Notes: generated by a model not told the origin, from the sequence alone. Numbered from the stretch's first letter, positions 27,681 to 43,017 are shown. The stretch is 64,000 nt of DNA from Octopus vulgaris (GCA_951406725.2 OX597834.1:21328001-21392000), one strand, 5' to 3'. Translations and numbers: made by a program.

Positions 27681-27858
27681 ACATGTTTAATTTTCTTGTG
27701 GGGCTTCTTAATTGTCAAGTAGATACCCAAAGACATTGTAAATTTTTGAATAACATTGAAAACTGAACAACTGAAGAACAAACCCACATAACATATTAGC
27801 TTTGTGCCTTAAACAGTGTCCCTCCCTCATCATCTGCCCTTGTGGCAAATAAATGAAA

Positions 27859-27905
<47 letters not shown>

Positions 27906-27908
<3 letters not shown>

Positions 27909-28171
27909 TTTGCACAACTTCTAACGCTGGAGATGTGCAACAGTATCAGCTGTTCACTACCAGTGAACTAAGGTAATACCTCTTATTTTTCGAGCACCTT
28001 TCAGAGTATTCGAGCGGTTCCAAGCAGTGCTCCACCCTTATTACAGCCCCTATTTGTTCCATGTAATTCTTGAAACTTTTGCTCACTGTTCCCAGGGCTC
28101 TGACAATTATTGGTAGTACTACTGCTACCTTTTTCACTAACCACAACTGCTTAACTTCCCAAGCTAACCTG

Positions 28172-28172
<1 letters not shown>
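27906..28172 (-). mobile_element. 3' relic of an RLE-type non-LTR retrotransposon (R4/Dong-like) inside a (TAA)n tract
   Basis: Translation DRLAWEVKQLW...VLPIIVRALGTVSKSFKNYMEQIG resembles the C-terminal PIIVGALG motif. (TAA)n on both sides. Confidence 0.7.
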
Positions 28173-28209
<37 letters not shown>

Positions 28210-29234
28210 GCTAAGGCAGTGGGCTGGCGGAATTGTTAGCATGCTGGACAAAATGCTTGGCAGCATTTCTTTCATCTTCAGGTTCTGAGTTCAAATTTCA
28301 CCTAGATTGACTTTGCCTTTCATCCTTTTGGGTTAGTAAATTAAGTACCAGTGAAACACTGAGGCTGATGTAAATGCCTAGTCCCCTTCTCCAAATTTCA
28401 GGCATTGTGCCTTTAGTAGAAAGGGTTATTATTATTGTTATTATTATTATTATTATTATTATTGAATGAGAGAGCAGTACATGCCATCAAAGTGACACGG
28501 GTACAAATATATGAAACTCTGTATACCCATCATGACTACCCGTCAGATAAGGGTACACTAGGTACCTACATCACAATCATATGTGCACGGCATGGTGATC
28601 TCATATCAATATAAACAGTGCATGACCTTGCAGTTGGGGCCCAGTTAGAATTTTCTTCAGGTCGAGTAGCCCAACCCACTCAAAAGGTCCTTGAATAAGT
28701 GTTGTTTAAGGATAATGAACAAAACACCCATGTTTCCAGAGGTGTATAATTCAAACCTCAAAGAATTCCTCTCAACACATGGCTATGATGCTCCCCCACT
28801 ATACTTGCTTGTGATCAGAGATGCACATATCATCAGCCACTAAGGGACATGCTCAACTGGTGAAGGTCAAACAACTGACAAGCAAATCTGTGGTATTGAG
28901 CAGAATATTTGCTATAGCCCATCTTTTATACCAAAACAAAATAATGTACATGATAACACTTCCAATCAGTTAAGATCAGAAGCCATGAGAGCCACTGCCT
29001 GATACTGCATCAGAGTATCTATTTATTTATTATTATTATTATTATTATCATCATCATCATCATCATCTGTTGAGTACAGGTGTTTGATATAATCAACTAA
29101 CCCTCTTCCCCAAATTTCAGGTGTTGTGTCTATACTTCTTCTTCATCTTATTCTGTCCACAATGATTTTTAATGTAAAACTTTTGTGGTTACTAAGGAAA
29201 TAATAACTACTACTATTACTACTACTACTACTAC

Positions 29235-29285
<51 letters not shown>

Positions 29286-29843
29286 TAATAATAATAATGA
29301 TAATAATAATAATAATAATAATAATCATCATCATCATCATCATCATAATAATAATATGCAAAATATGTATAATTTACACTTTGCAGAAAATTTTTGAAAA
29401 AATATATTCAGCAATAACAAAGAAAAATAGAAAGGAAAAACGAAAAAAAAAACGGGCCGCCTGCTGAGCATTCCTGATTCTAGTATAAATGTCTGCTATA
29501 TCAGACAATTAAGACTAAAAGTCTTCTTAATGGAAGGCAATTTTGCCATTTGATTCTATCTTATTTTCACCAAAACATGTAATTTCCACCCGGGTAATTA
29601 CAGATTTCTGCTCTACAGGTATAAATTACGGAACCAATTCATGTTGGAGAACAATGGTTTTCTTCTGCTTCTTATTTTAGTAATTTCCATTGTTTGATAG
29701 ATTATTCAGGAGAAGAAAGAAAGTCTTCAGAGTTGAGAGTTTTCCACTCTTTTGCAGGAATTCTTTGTTTGTTTATTTATTCGTCTTGTTTGTTATTTAC
29801 ATAGAGTTTTATTTTATATATGGTTTTTACAGACAAGCATTTG

Positions 29844-29875
<32 letters not shown>

Positions 29876-30125
29876 CTCACATGTGTGTGCCTCTACATGA
29901 ATAGATATGTGCGTGTGTGTGTATATTTGTCTGTGTGTATAAATGCATATGTGTGTCTATGTGTGTATCTGTGTGTGTATTTGTCTGTATGTAAATGTAT
30001 GTGTGTGTGTGTGTGTGTGGAGTCATGAAAATTTTCAATCTTTGCTTTCTCTGTTCATGTGTACACATCTGTATATATTTTGTACATCTAATCCAAGTAG
30101 TTTTTATTTATTTTTTGGCATCAGC

Positions 30126-30203
<78 letters not shown>

Positions 30204-30338
30204 AAAACATTGTGTACAGTGCTCAGGTGCACTACAACTCATCTAAAGTGTATGTATAATCGGGTGTAGTTTCGGCGGATTTCGGATATATATATATATA
30301 TATAGATGCATGTGTGTGCATGACTCTGTGTATACATA

Positions 30339-30383
<45 letters not shown>

Positions 30384-31854
30384 GTGTGTGTGTGTGTATA
30401 TATGTTTATAAATATATTAAATATATACGTACATATGTATGTGTGTTTTTACAGAAATTTTTAGAGTCTGTCTGTATTCTATTAATTTTGTTTTGTACAT
30501 CAAGAGAGAAAAAGTTGATTGGATGCTTTTATGAAGGTTTTGTTATTTATTTCAAAATATTGAGTTTTAATGAAATTTTAAAGCTTGTCTCCAACCCTTT
30601 TAGTTTTATGCTGTATAGATTAAAGAAGAAAAAAACGGCTTGTGAATGGAACTGGTAGACAGAAAATGAAAGATACCTGTGTTGTAGTTATATATAATGT
30701 TGTATATATATAATGTTGTGTGTGTGTGTGTGTTTGGAAACTAGTGAGAGTTGGCAACAAGAAGCGCATCCAACTATAGAAAATCTGCTGCAATAAAGAT
30801 TCCTTCCGACCCATGCCAGCAAGGAAAAGTGGACGTTAAAATAACGATGATGATGTTTTCTATGGTTCTTTTTTTTTTTAAATTTCATTGGGCATGCCTG
30901 TGTGGTTAAGAACTTCTCCACCACATGGTTTTGGGTTCAAACCCACAGCATGGCACCTTGGGCAGGTTTCGTTGTTTATAGCTTTGGGCCAACCAATGCC
31001 TTTTGAGTGGATTTGGTAGATGGAAACTGAAAGAAGCCTGTCAGGTACACTGATGCATACACACGCATGTACACACACACTCACATTTGTGTTTGTAAGT
31101 GTGTATGTATATTTGTATATGAATGAAAGTGTGTGTGTATGAGTAAATGTGGGTGTGTTTGAATGTGTGTGTGTGTGTGAGTATGGATATGTATGTGAAT
31201 GTCTGTGTGTGTACGTGTATGTTTTTTTATGTGTGTATGTGAGTGTGTGTGAGTGAGTATGTGTGTATGTATGTGTGTATATGTATGTGTTTGTGCATGT
31301 ATGTAAGAGTGTGTGTGTCAGTGTGAGCATGTGTGTGTAAATGCGTGTGTGTGTTTGTCTTACCTCCTTCCCTTTGTGACAGTTGCTAACAAGTGTCACC
31401 AGTATCTTTCATTTCCAGTCTACCATGAAAACATGTCTGGCCTTGAAGAAATATTACCTTACTTGGAAAAAAGGTGAAGGTAGGTGACAGGAAAGGCATC
31501 CAGACATACAAAATCAACCTCAACAAATTCCATCTGATCCATGCAAGCATGGAAAAGTGGACATTTAAAATAACGATGATCAGTTGCAGATGCAGGGGTG
31601 CTGCCCTAGTTGCCCAGGCAACACACTTTGTAGCTGGGCCAACACCAAAAAAAAAAAAAAAATCAGGACCAAGGTTTATTTCTGATAGTTTCACAGCATT
31701 ACTGTTTCATATGCATACAGTCTGCTACAACAAAGTTAGAATACAGTTCTATATTTGATAAGGTGTAGTGGCAAAGAGTGCAGGCTACTAACCCCAAGAT
31801 TCCAAGTTCGATTCCAGGCAGTGACTTGAATAATAATAATAATAATCATCATCA

Positions 31855-31986
31855 TCATCATTTAGCATCTGTTTTCCATGCTGGCATGGGTTGGACGGTT
31901 CAACTGGAGTCTGGGAAGCCAGAAGGTTGCACCAGGCCCAGTCTGATCTGGTAATGTTTCTACGGCTGGATGCCCTTTCTAACGCC

Positions 31987-31990
<4 letters not shown>
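31855..31990 (-). mobile_element. 3' end of a dispersed retroposon with (TGA)n tail; parent sequence of the 15788-15922 palindrome
   Basis: ccatgctggcatgggttggacggttcaactggagtctgggaagccagaagg. Related ends at ~5560-5775, 20826-20945, 30735-30855, 31410-31580, 34070-34270 and 45115-45260. Confidence 0.7.
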
Positions 31991-32017
<27 letters not shown>

Positions 32018-32079
32018 GTAATAATAAAAACATCGAAAAATACCTTAGGAATGAGAACCCAGGTTTGAAATTTCCACAA

Positions 32080-32125
32080 GACTCCTGATGAAGGCTGGTG
32101 GGTATATGAGCTGAAATGTTGTGTT
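32080..32125 (+). ncRNA. Decayed minimal type I hammerhead motif
   Basis: gactc-CTGATGA-a-ggctg(...)gagct-GAAAt-GTT-gtgtt. The CUGAUGA core is intact and the stems are partly eroded. Confidence 0.5.
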
Positions 32126-33132
32126 AACAACAAACAAGATGAGGACAAATATCTGTCAAATGTAAATAATGTAAATTTAGAATACATAAAAAATGTGTCT
32201 ATTTGTTACGAATTGCAATTCTCACCTTATAGAGGAATTTTTTCAAAACTTTTAGGTAACATCCCAAAAGCTGGAGCCCCTCCTTGATGATGATGATACT
32301 AATGATGATGATTTCAATATTTCAGTTTCCAAAAATTCTATAGCATCTCCTGCAACCCATTTAATGTGCATTTTAATAAAAATTTATTCTTTGAATTTCC
32401 AAAAACTTTATGCATTTCCCAATTTTGAATCATAAAGAATATTGAAGAATTCTCAATGCTAACTCGAACACATGGTTTTAGTTGTATTTTGGCATCTCTA
32501 ATAGAGGAAAAAAATAGAAAGAAATGATATCTCTTGCATTTTTAGAATGAAATGCATCTTTGGAAATTCTTTATGCATTTCAAAATTTTGAAGCTTTTAA
32601 AGAAATTTTGAAGCTTTCTTAGTTTTATCTTATATATTTTTAAAAAGAATTACGTCACATGCTTCTAAGTGTGGTTGTGTGGCTTTGTGGCTAGGAAGTT
32701 TGATCTTTGAGCTGTGGGATTAAGGGTTCGGTCCCATTGTGTGGTCACTGTCAGCTGGAGTCTTGTTCTCTAGCCATGGGTCAACCAATAAATATTTAAC
32801 GGGTGAAATTACTAGATAGAAACCAAAAAAGATTCTTGTCTCCCTCCCAACTCTCTCTCTTTCTTCCTGTATGTGTGTGTGTGTGTGTGTGTGTGTAGGC
32901 AAATGTCTTGGCAGTCACTTATGATCGTATGGCTGTGGTTTCAGTTTCTGGACCAGGTGACACTGTGTTTTTGAGCAAGACGCTTCATTTCACTCAGCTT
33001 GCAAAAATGGGTAATTTTGTTACATCCTGCCCCGTGGGGAATACGTTTGCCCCAGAATCCATAAAACTGGCCACATGAGCCTATGGCTTGGGAAGTACAT
33101 TAGAACCTTTTTTGATATATCTATCAATCTAA

Positions 33133-33178
<46 letters not shown>

Positions 33179-33181
<3 letters not shown>

Positions 33182-33545
33182 TGCAAGAGTGGCTGTGTGG
33201 TAAGTTGCTTGCTTACCAACCACATGGTTCCGGGTTCAGTCCCACTGCGTGGCACCTTAGGCAAGTGTCTTCTACTATAGCCTTGGACCAACCAAGGCCT
33301 TGTGAGTGGATTTGGTAGACGGAAACTGAAAGAAGCTCGTTGTATATATAAATATATGCGTGTGTGCGTTTGTCCCCCTAGCATTGCTTGACAACTGATG
33401 CTGGTGTATTTATGTCCCCGTAATTTAGCGGTTCGGCAAAAGAGACCGATAGAATAAGTACTAGGCTTACAAAGAATAAGTCCTGGGGTCGATTTCCTCG
33501 ACTAAAGGCATGGCCACAGTCAAATGACTGAAACAAGTACAAAAA
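33179..33545 (+). mobile_element. SINE family A copy
   Basis: ggtgcaagagtggctgtgtggtaag...ggcaccttaggcaagtgtctt...aaatgactgaaacaagta. Confidence 0.88.
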
Positions 33546-33547
33546 AA

Positions 33548-33606
<59 letters not shown>

Positions 33607-34714
33607 ATGTATGTATGTATATGTATATAATGAATGAAAAAATACACATGAAGAACAGGTCATCACCAATGAGTGAAAAATACACAAACACACATGAGAG
33701 ACAAGTATGAGTCAAAATTCCAAAAGATGTCTAACTCCTCCTCAGTTATTGACTGTGATATTACTCCATGTTTTGTGCTTTTAACTACAAGACAGGAAAA
33801 CTTCATAAGACAGCAGCATCCAGAAATTTTAAAAGTATAAAATTTGTGTAAGGTTAGGGTTTCAAACGAACAAACGACACTAGTGTGGATGTACGGAAGT
33901 AAGCAATTGAGGAAGACAGACATTAAGGGTTGTTAGGCCAAAATGGATTGTAATGGGTAACACCTGAGAGAAATTGTGAAAGGATATAGAATAAATAGTA
34001 GAAGAGAAAATAATATCGAGAGGTGAGAGAAATGACGTCCGGCTAGCTGGCTGTCCGATCCAGAAAAGACATGTCCAGGCTGATTGTTGTTTGATAGACT
34101 TGGAGATCATTATGTTTGTTGGAAACAGGCAAGGTTTGGTGACTGGAAGGGCATCCATCCAACCTTAGAAAACTCTACATCAATGTAGTCTTGTCCAACC
34201 AATGCAAGCTTGGAAAAGTAGATGCTAAAATAACAGCAGTGACAATGACAATGATGATGATGATGATGATGATTGAAAATTTCAGGATGTCTTTCAAAAT
34301 TTTAACATTTAAGGAAATATTCAGGCTTTCTCTTATTCCCCACCACCACGACCACAACCATTGCCACCACCATCACCTCAACCATTAGTTTCAACTTGTG
34401 CATGTCATTTACAAATTTATTTTACATTTGAAAATTTCAATGTGGCAAAAGCAAAAAAAAAAAAAAAAAGAAAAAAAGATTTTACATTTGTCATTTCACA
34501 TAATATATAATTCATATATTTAAAAAAAATACCATTTTCTTCAATTTAACACTCTTTTAAAATCATTTCATTATTCAGCCACCCACCATTCTTTAAAAAA
34601 ATATTTCATGCCCATATATATATATATATATATATATTGTTATATTTCGGAATGTGTGTATATATATATATATATGTGTATATATATATGTGTGTATATA
34701 TATGTATATATATG

Positions 34715-34780
<66 letters not shown>

Positions 34781-35367
34781 ATTCTCTTTTTAACCTCTAA
34801 GAAAGTCTCGAGAAGTTTGTCATTTTCATGGCAGCTAATTGCCAAATGCTGTCAGTTCTACATTTATTGGTGCTTTTTACTAGTAACATGACACCTGGTT
34901 TCTATATTCCAGGTAGAATGCGTGTAGAAGGGCAGTGTGACATCACTCTACAATATCTGGTTTCTGAAAGCTGCAAACGCTTAATACATTCAGACATCTT
35001 CACTTTCTCAATACCTCTTCCTGCCCCCTCCCACACACACACCTCTCTATCACCACATCTCTTTCTTGCTTTTTCCTCCTCTATGTTTATCTCTTTCTCT
35101 CTCTCTCTCTCTTCGTTTTAACCTCTGTCTTTCTCTTTTGCTCACACTCACTCTGTATATCTTTTCTCTCTTACCCTCGCTATCTCTCTCATTCTCTCAA
35201 CCCCTATTTCCCCTCCTTATTTCATTCTTTCTATATCTCTCTCTTTCTCTTATTGCCTCACTTCTGCATTCACTCCCTACCTATCAGTCTCTCTGTCTCT
35301 CTGTCTATCTATCTATCTATCTTTGTTTGGCTGTCTATCTGTTTGTATCTCTCTCTCTTTCTGTCTT

Positions 35368-35402
<35 letters not shown>

Positions 35403-35593
35403 ACTCTTTTACTCTTTTACTTGTTTCAGTCATTTGACTGCGGCCATGCTGGAGCACTGCCTTTGGTCGGCCTGAGGCTATAGTAGAAGACACTTGCCCA
35501 AGGTGCCACGCAGTGGGATTGAACCCGGAACCATGTGGTTGGTAAACAAGCTACTTACCACACAGCCACTCCTCCGCCTCTATATATATATAT

Positions 35594-35629
<36 letters not shown>

Positions 35630-37702
35630 GCATCTCTACCTATCTATTTACCTACTTTGCTATCTATCTGTCTATCTATCCATCCATTTATCTGTTTCTC
35701 TGGGTGTGTGTATATTTATATATGTACACACACACACACACACATATATATATCTTTTTCAGTCACACTCCCTTTAAATCTCTTTCATCTCCCATTCTCT
35801 CTCTCTCTCTCTCTTTCTCTCAATATATATATATATCAGTCTCGTTCTTCCACCTCCAATTTCTCCAAAGCTCACCTTTACTCCCACCCTCCCTTACCCA
35901 CCCATTTTTTCTCACCCACCACCTCCACTACCACCACACACATACATAGACAAAAATTATCACTTAACAGACAGTAAGGACCAAATACTCACTGCTAAAA
36001 TGAACAAATCACCAAGTAAGGTTTACAGTCTCACCTCATATATCAGATACCATAATAGGCAATCTCTAAGGTCCCCAATTTTGAAAGATTAAACCCCTGA
36101 TATATCCTTTTTTAAACCCTTTTTTATATCTCCCTACACAGTCTGCCTAAACCCCCTTGTGGGAGCCATGCAGGGTTACTCAACCCAGTTAGAAATAGCA
36201 GCCGAATTTACCTACCATTTGGAATATATGGCTGTGGGTTAAAACGTTCACTTTGCGACCATGTGGTTTTGAAATCAGTCCAAGGGAACTTGGACAAGAG
36301 TTTCTTGAACTTGAGCCTTGGGCCAAAAAAAGCTTGTTAGTGGATTTGGTACACAGAAACTGTGTGAAAGCCACAAATACATACAAAGACTCACTCACAC
36401 CCACACATATGCATATTCTTCTTCTTCTGCTTGTGTTCCTTCTTCTCCTCGCCTCTACCTCTTCATCCCTCCCTCTTCCTTTCCCTTCTCTTACTCCACT
36501 GCCTCCCCTACCGCCTTCCGAAAAATGATTTCTAACAACTCTGCCACCTCATCACCCCATAATCTGATGGCTTTTGATTTAGGCACAAGACCAGCTATTT
36601 CGAAGGAAGCAAAGAGGGACTCGGTGATACACCTGCCAACCCACTTCTCAACTTTTTTACTTTATTTCATCAACTAAAACACAAAAAAGGCAGAATTGAC
36701 TTCTGCTGGATTTGAACTCAGAAAGTAAAGATTTGTAAAACATACACCAAACGCATTTTTTTCTGACTCTGTAACAGTTCTGCCAATCATCATCATCATC
36801 ATCATCGAATTTCTGTCACTGTGAACATCACCATCATCATCATTATTGTAATCTCTCACCATTATCATAGTCATCATCATAATCATCCTCATCACCACCA
36901 TCACCACCATTATCATCGTCATCATCAACATCATCACCACCACCACCAATATCATCGTCATCATTATCATCATCATCATCACCATCACCACCACCACCAT
37001 CGTCGTCATTATCATTACCATCACCACCACCATCATCATCAGCATTGTCATCATCAATAAGCTCCCATGGGTTGTAGAGCCGACCGCCTCTTGAATATTT
37101 GCATTTTTTCCCAATTCAACATCAAATATATTCATCCTCATCAACACGAATGGATGGCAGAATCAGTAAAACGCCAGGCTTGATACATAACTTGCTGCAA
37201 GACACCTCATGTTGTGAGTTCAAAACCAGCCTCAGTTGGCTTTACCAATCACCCTTCCATGAGATCAATTAAATGATGTGTGTGTCCATGTGTGTCTGTG
37301 TGTGTGTCAGTGTGTGTGTTTGTGTGTATGTCTGCGTGTATGTGTGTTTATGAATATGTATGTATATGTGTGGGGGTGAATGTGGGGGGTGCAGGCACAT
37401 GGCTTAGTGGTTAGGGTGTTGTACTCGCGAATGCAAGACCTTGCAATTATGGTTTCAATTCCCAGACCGACGATGCATTGTGTTCTTTAACCAAAAGCAA
37501 AGCTTCCTTCCATGTTAGCCCAGTCCACTCAGCCGTGAATAGGTAACTCTTCAACAGACTGGTGTTCCATTCAGAGGAGAAGGGTGAATGTTAGCCTGAC
37601 TACCTGCTTGCCTGCCTAGCCATCATTCAAAAGCTATAACAGCACAAGGAGGCGCACAGTGAGCAGTGATGTATAACAACATCCAATAGTCCATCCAATA
37701 CA

Positions 37703-37760
<58 letters not shown>

Positions 37761-37859
37761 AATATCTATATATATGTATACACACACATATATATATAAA
37801 TACACACATACATATATACGTATATATATACATATATATATATACACATATATATATAT

Positions 37860-37915
<56 letters not shown>

Positions 37916-38247
37916 TACACACAAACACACCAGTCAAGAGTAAATATGATCAAATATTACCCCCCACCCAACACACACACACACACCTACAATCAATACA
38001 CCTTCTCCCCAAACCCATTGACGTCCACCCCCCCACCCCCCTCTCCAGTTCTCGAAAAAAAAAATGTTTGGCTTTGTACCTCCTGTGTTAGAAATCAATA
38101 CTTGCCACTCTTCCTCTATTCAGGTCTCCACGTATTACCTCGACTGTGAAGTTCTAATGAAAACCAAAATACTGCCATGATGTAACGTTCATAAAGTGTT
38201 TGCTATTCTGCTCTGATTTCCATCATGAGAGCTTTTTTTTTGTTTTC

Positions 38248-38280
<33 letters not shown>

Positions 38281-38465
38281 GTTATTATTTATATTCGTAT
38301 TTTCACTTAATATGAGATTGGAGTGTGTTGAGGAACTATACATACATGTATGCATATATATACATACATATATTCATACATACATATATGTACTTGTATA
38401 TAAATATATATATATACATACATATGTATGTATAAGTATATAGTATATATATATATATGTATATA

Positions 38466-38509
<44 letters not shown>

Positions 38510-38571
38510 CATATATGTATATATGTATATATGTTATATATATATATATATACATATATATGTATAAGTAC

Positions 38572-38615
<44 letters not shown>

Positions 38616-38864
38616 TTATGTATATATACATATATATACATATATATACATATATAGCTATGTGTGTATAAGGTCTTTCAAGTTAGAGTACATGTTAATG
38701 ATAACAATGATGATGATGATGATCGTTATCATGTTGTGGTAGTGATAGTAGGAAGAGGAGGAGAAGGAGGTGGGGGCGGCGACAGTAGAGTTTCAAGTTT
38801 ATTCAGACTGGTATTCATGCTTGTGTGGCAGTATGAATGATACTATAAAACATATATATAGTAA

Positions 38865-38903
<39 letters not shown>

Positions 38904-38906
<3 letters not shown>

Positions 38907-39278
38907 TGCAGGTGTGGCTGTGTGGTAAAAGCTTGCTTCCCAGTCATATGGTGCCAGGTTCAGTCCCACAGCATGGCACCTTGGGCCAGTGTCTTCTACT
39001 ATCGCCTCAGACCGACCAGAGCCTTGTGAATGGGTTTAGTAGATGGAAACTGAAAGAAGCCTATTGTATATGTGTGTGTGTGTGTGTGTTTGTCCCCTCC
39101 ACCATCGCTTGACAACCATTGTTGGTGTCTTTACGTCCTTGTAACTTAGCAGTTCAGCAAAAGAATCTGATATAATAAGTACTAAGCTTACAAAGAATAT
39201 GTTCTGGAGCCAATTTCTTCAGCTAAAAGGCGGTGCTCCAGCATAGCCCCCATCAAATGACTGAAACAAGTAAAAGAG
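38904..39278 (+). mobile_element. SINE family A copy
   Basis: Full head-to-tail match to the other family A copies. Confidence 0.85.
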
Positions 39279-39361
39279 TCTATATATACATACATACATA
39301 CATACATATATATATATATATTTAACTATATCTTTTACTGTATATATATGTATACATAAAT

Positions 39362-39393
<32 letters not shown>

Positions 39394-39754
39394 GTACACA
39401 CACACATACTCATATATGTAAAGAGGTCACAGATATGTGACAAAAGACTTCTGGACAATGGATATGAGTTAGAATAAGAACATTCATAAATGAATGAAGA
39501 ACAAATATATAGTGTGTGTGTTTATTTGGGACTGTTGTCCAAAATGTTAAGAATGTTTTTCACCCAGTTAAAGTAAAAAAGCTAATACCATATTTGTTCA
39601 ACCTTGTTCCTCCATTTTGCTGTCTCTTTTATATGTACACACACGCACAAACCTTTGCTCACATTAATCACACCCTTTCCATTGTATTCTATTGCTTGTG
39701 GCAAAGCATCTCTGATGTTTGTATCAGTTGTTATAAGACATGTTACACCTTATA

Positions 39755-40165
39755 TACTCTTTTATTCTTTTACTTGTTCCAGTAATTTAACTGTAGCCAT
39801 GCTGGAGCACTACCTTTAGCCACACAAATCGACCCCAGGTCTTATTCTTTGTACGCCTGGTTCTTATTCTATGAGTCACTTTTGCCAAACAACTAAGGTA
39901 CAGGGACATAAACACACCAACATTGGTTGTCAAGCAATGGTTGTGGTGGTGGTGGTGGAGGGGCGAAACACAGACACACAAACACACACATACATGTATG
40001 TATATATATATATAACGGGCTTCTTTCAGTTTCCGTCTACCGAATCCACTTACAAGGCTTTGGTCAGCTTGAGGCTATAGTAGAAGACACTTGCCCAAGG
40101 TGCCACACAGTGGGACAGAACCTGGAAACATGTGGTTGGTAAGCAAGCTACTTACCACACAGCCA
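39755..40165 (-). mobile_element. SINE family A copy, inverted relative to 38904-39278
   Basis: Reverse-complement match to family A. Confidence 0.85.
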
Positions 40166-40739
40166 TATGTGCATGTGTGTGTGTGTGTGTGTGTGTGCAT
40201 GCGTGTGTGCACATGTGTGTATGTGGGATGATCACCACCATAGTTCTTGTCCATTGAACTTTGGAGTAATCTGAAAATAAGGATCCCCTTCAAAACCCAT
40301 AAATATGAAACCCACAAAATACCCCACCTAAATGGGGAATTGAACTTAGAAATCTTTTCAGAAGCATTCCGAAATTTATAAATAACCGTTTTCTAAGAGA
40401 TTGCAATTCCACGTGTGCATTAGCCAACATTTGAACTTGAATCACACCTTACCGGTTCTTAATTGGTTTGATCCAATGTCATACCTGAATACACTGCAGT
40501 TTTGATGGGTAGCTTTGTATCCTTCATAGAAATTTCGTTCCTACTTCTTCTCCTCAAGCAAACTTTTTCCCTTTCATCATCCATCTCTTTCTCGTTTTCT
40601 TTCACCGAGAACTACCACCTCCCCCGCAACACCCACTCACCACCACTGCCACTTTACCTGTTGATTGATTGATCCAACCATCCATCCATCCATTCATTCA
40701 GCCATTCATTCATATATCATTCTTCTACTGCCTGCTCTC

Positions 40740-41112
40740 CCCTCTACCACCACCATCACAACCACCACAACCATCACCACCACAACCACCACCACCTCCT
40801 CCTCCACTGTTACCATTACCACCACTACCATCACTACCACCATCACCATCATCACCATTACCATCACTACTACCAAAATCACCACCAACTCCACCAGCAC
40901 CACCACTGTTACCATCACCACCACTACCATCACCACCATCACCACCACCATACCACAACCACCACCACTGTTACCATCACTACCACTACCATCGCTACCA
41001 CCATCACCATCACCACCACAACCACCAACACTACTACCAAAATCATCACCACCACCACAACCACCACCATCACCACCACCACCATCACTACCACCAACTC
41101 CACCACCACCAC
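40740..41112. repeat. Degenerate (CAC/CAT/TAC)n trinucleotide tract
   Basis: Imperfect (ACC)n array; it is the source of the Thr/Pro/His ORFs. Confidence 0.9.
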
Positions 41113-41443
41113 CTTACTTTCTAGTTCCTCTGTCCATTATGATTTTCTGTGTAATGCATTTATTTATACTATCATCATTCACTGTTCATTTGCACCTTTG
41201 CACCATATTTCTCTTCCTCCTCCTTTTTCTTCCCCCTCCTCTTCCTCCTCCTCCTCCTCTCCATCATCATCATTTTCTTCTTCTTTTACGACCCCTACTA
41301 AACTGAATGATATTCATTACATTTGCAAATATTAACCATTCCCTGTTCCACTCTTGCGAAACCCTTCCCCGCTGAAGCTACACACAACTGCACACATGCG
41401 TCTACATACATACATGTGTGTATGTATGTATATACATATATAT

Positions 41444-41495
<52 letters not shown>

Positions 41496-41537
41496 ATATA
41501 TATCTACACACATAAACAGATACATACATAAATATGT

Positions 41538-41574
<37 letters not shown>

Positions 41575-41844
41575 TAGATATAGATATAGATATGTTATGT
41601 ATATGTAATATGACTTTGTGAATGAATTCGTGGTCCCAGAAAAGGTTCAGTGGCATGAATTAACTCGATATGATCTGGGATTTGGAAATTTAATTATCTG
41701 TAATATTCTCTATACACATGTATAAAGGCTTCCTACATCATGTAACTATAACCGTATCTATTTAACATGCCCACAAATTCATATGCATATATATATGCAT
41801 ATATTTATATATATATATATATATATATAAATATATATATATAC

Positions 41845-41878
<34 letters not shown>

Positions 41879-41897
41879 TTATACATATATGCATATA

Positions 41898-41932
<35 letters not shown>

Positions 41933-42347
41933 GTACGTATATACACATGTGCAAAAGCACATTTGAATGAGTATGTAATATAATATGTATATGCTTATGT
42001 TTGCGTATGCTTATTTTTATATCTTTATATATATATGAATATACATGTGTATAAGTATATAGACACACGTACACGGACTTGTGTATTCATTAATGTTTTG
42101 ATAAAAATCAATAAACTTAACAAAGAGATAAATTTTTCTTTCGAAAAAATCATCTTGGAATCAATAAGACTGTCAAGGTATCGTTGATAGGTCAGGTCGA
42201 GGTGACACAGGTAGTGTGATCCAGCCAAAAACGAATCCCTATTCAGGTGCTGCTTTGTCAGTGATTTACCCCTGCCGAGGACCAAAACCTTGAACCACAT
42301 TATAGTTGTATTTTCCTGCTTCACACAGACACATCTTGAAGAGAAAT

Positions 42348-42582
42348 ACCTATTTCTTTACTACCCACAAGGGGCTAAACACAGAGGGGACAAACAAGGA
42401 CAGACAAACGGATTAAGTCGATTATATCGACCCCAGTGCGTTACTGGTACTTATTTAATCGACCCCGAAAGGATGAAAGGCAAAGTCGACCTCGGCAGAA
42501 TTTGAATTCAGAACATAGCTGCAGACGAAATACCACTAAGCATTTCACCTGGTGTGCTAACATTTCTGCCAGCTCACCGCCT
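42348..42582 (-). mobile_element. SINE family B copy
   Basis: Matches 24662-24888 and the units of 50950-51594. Confidence 0.85.
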
Positions 42583-42973
42583 ACTACATACATACATACA
42601 TTCATAGATGCATACACAAACACACGCACACACACACACATACATACACTTGCATACATATATACACCTGTATCCATGCATACAGGGTGACTGTTAAGTC
42701 AGTGAGCGGTTATGATCATTGCTGATAAATTATCTTACTTCAAAGTCACTATCAACCTGTTCCTGGTAGAAGCACACCTTTAGCATATCAGACAAAATGC
42801 TTAGCGACATTTAATTGTCTTTGCACTCCATGTAAAAATTCTGCCAAGGTCAACTTAGCCTCCTACCCTTTTGGGGTCAGTTCAGCACTGGGCTCAATGC
42901 AGTCAAATTAATCCCTCCTCAGAATTGCTGGCTTTGAGCCAAAGTTTGAAATCATCATCATTATTATTATTAT

Positions 42974-43017
<44 letters not shown>

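Noticed and set aside
29598-29622. miR-10/miR-993-like sequence (tctacaggtat)
   Set aside because: Partial match only, with no complementary arm nearby.
33860-34070. Possible RTE LINE 3' relic (LVWMYG...)
   Set aside because: Too degraded to support without a profile search.
40665-41306. 213-aa mucin/extensin-like ORF
   Set aside because: It is a degenerate (ACC)n tract open in several frames, with no ATG start and no splice context.
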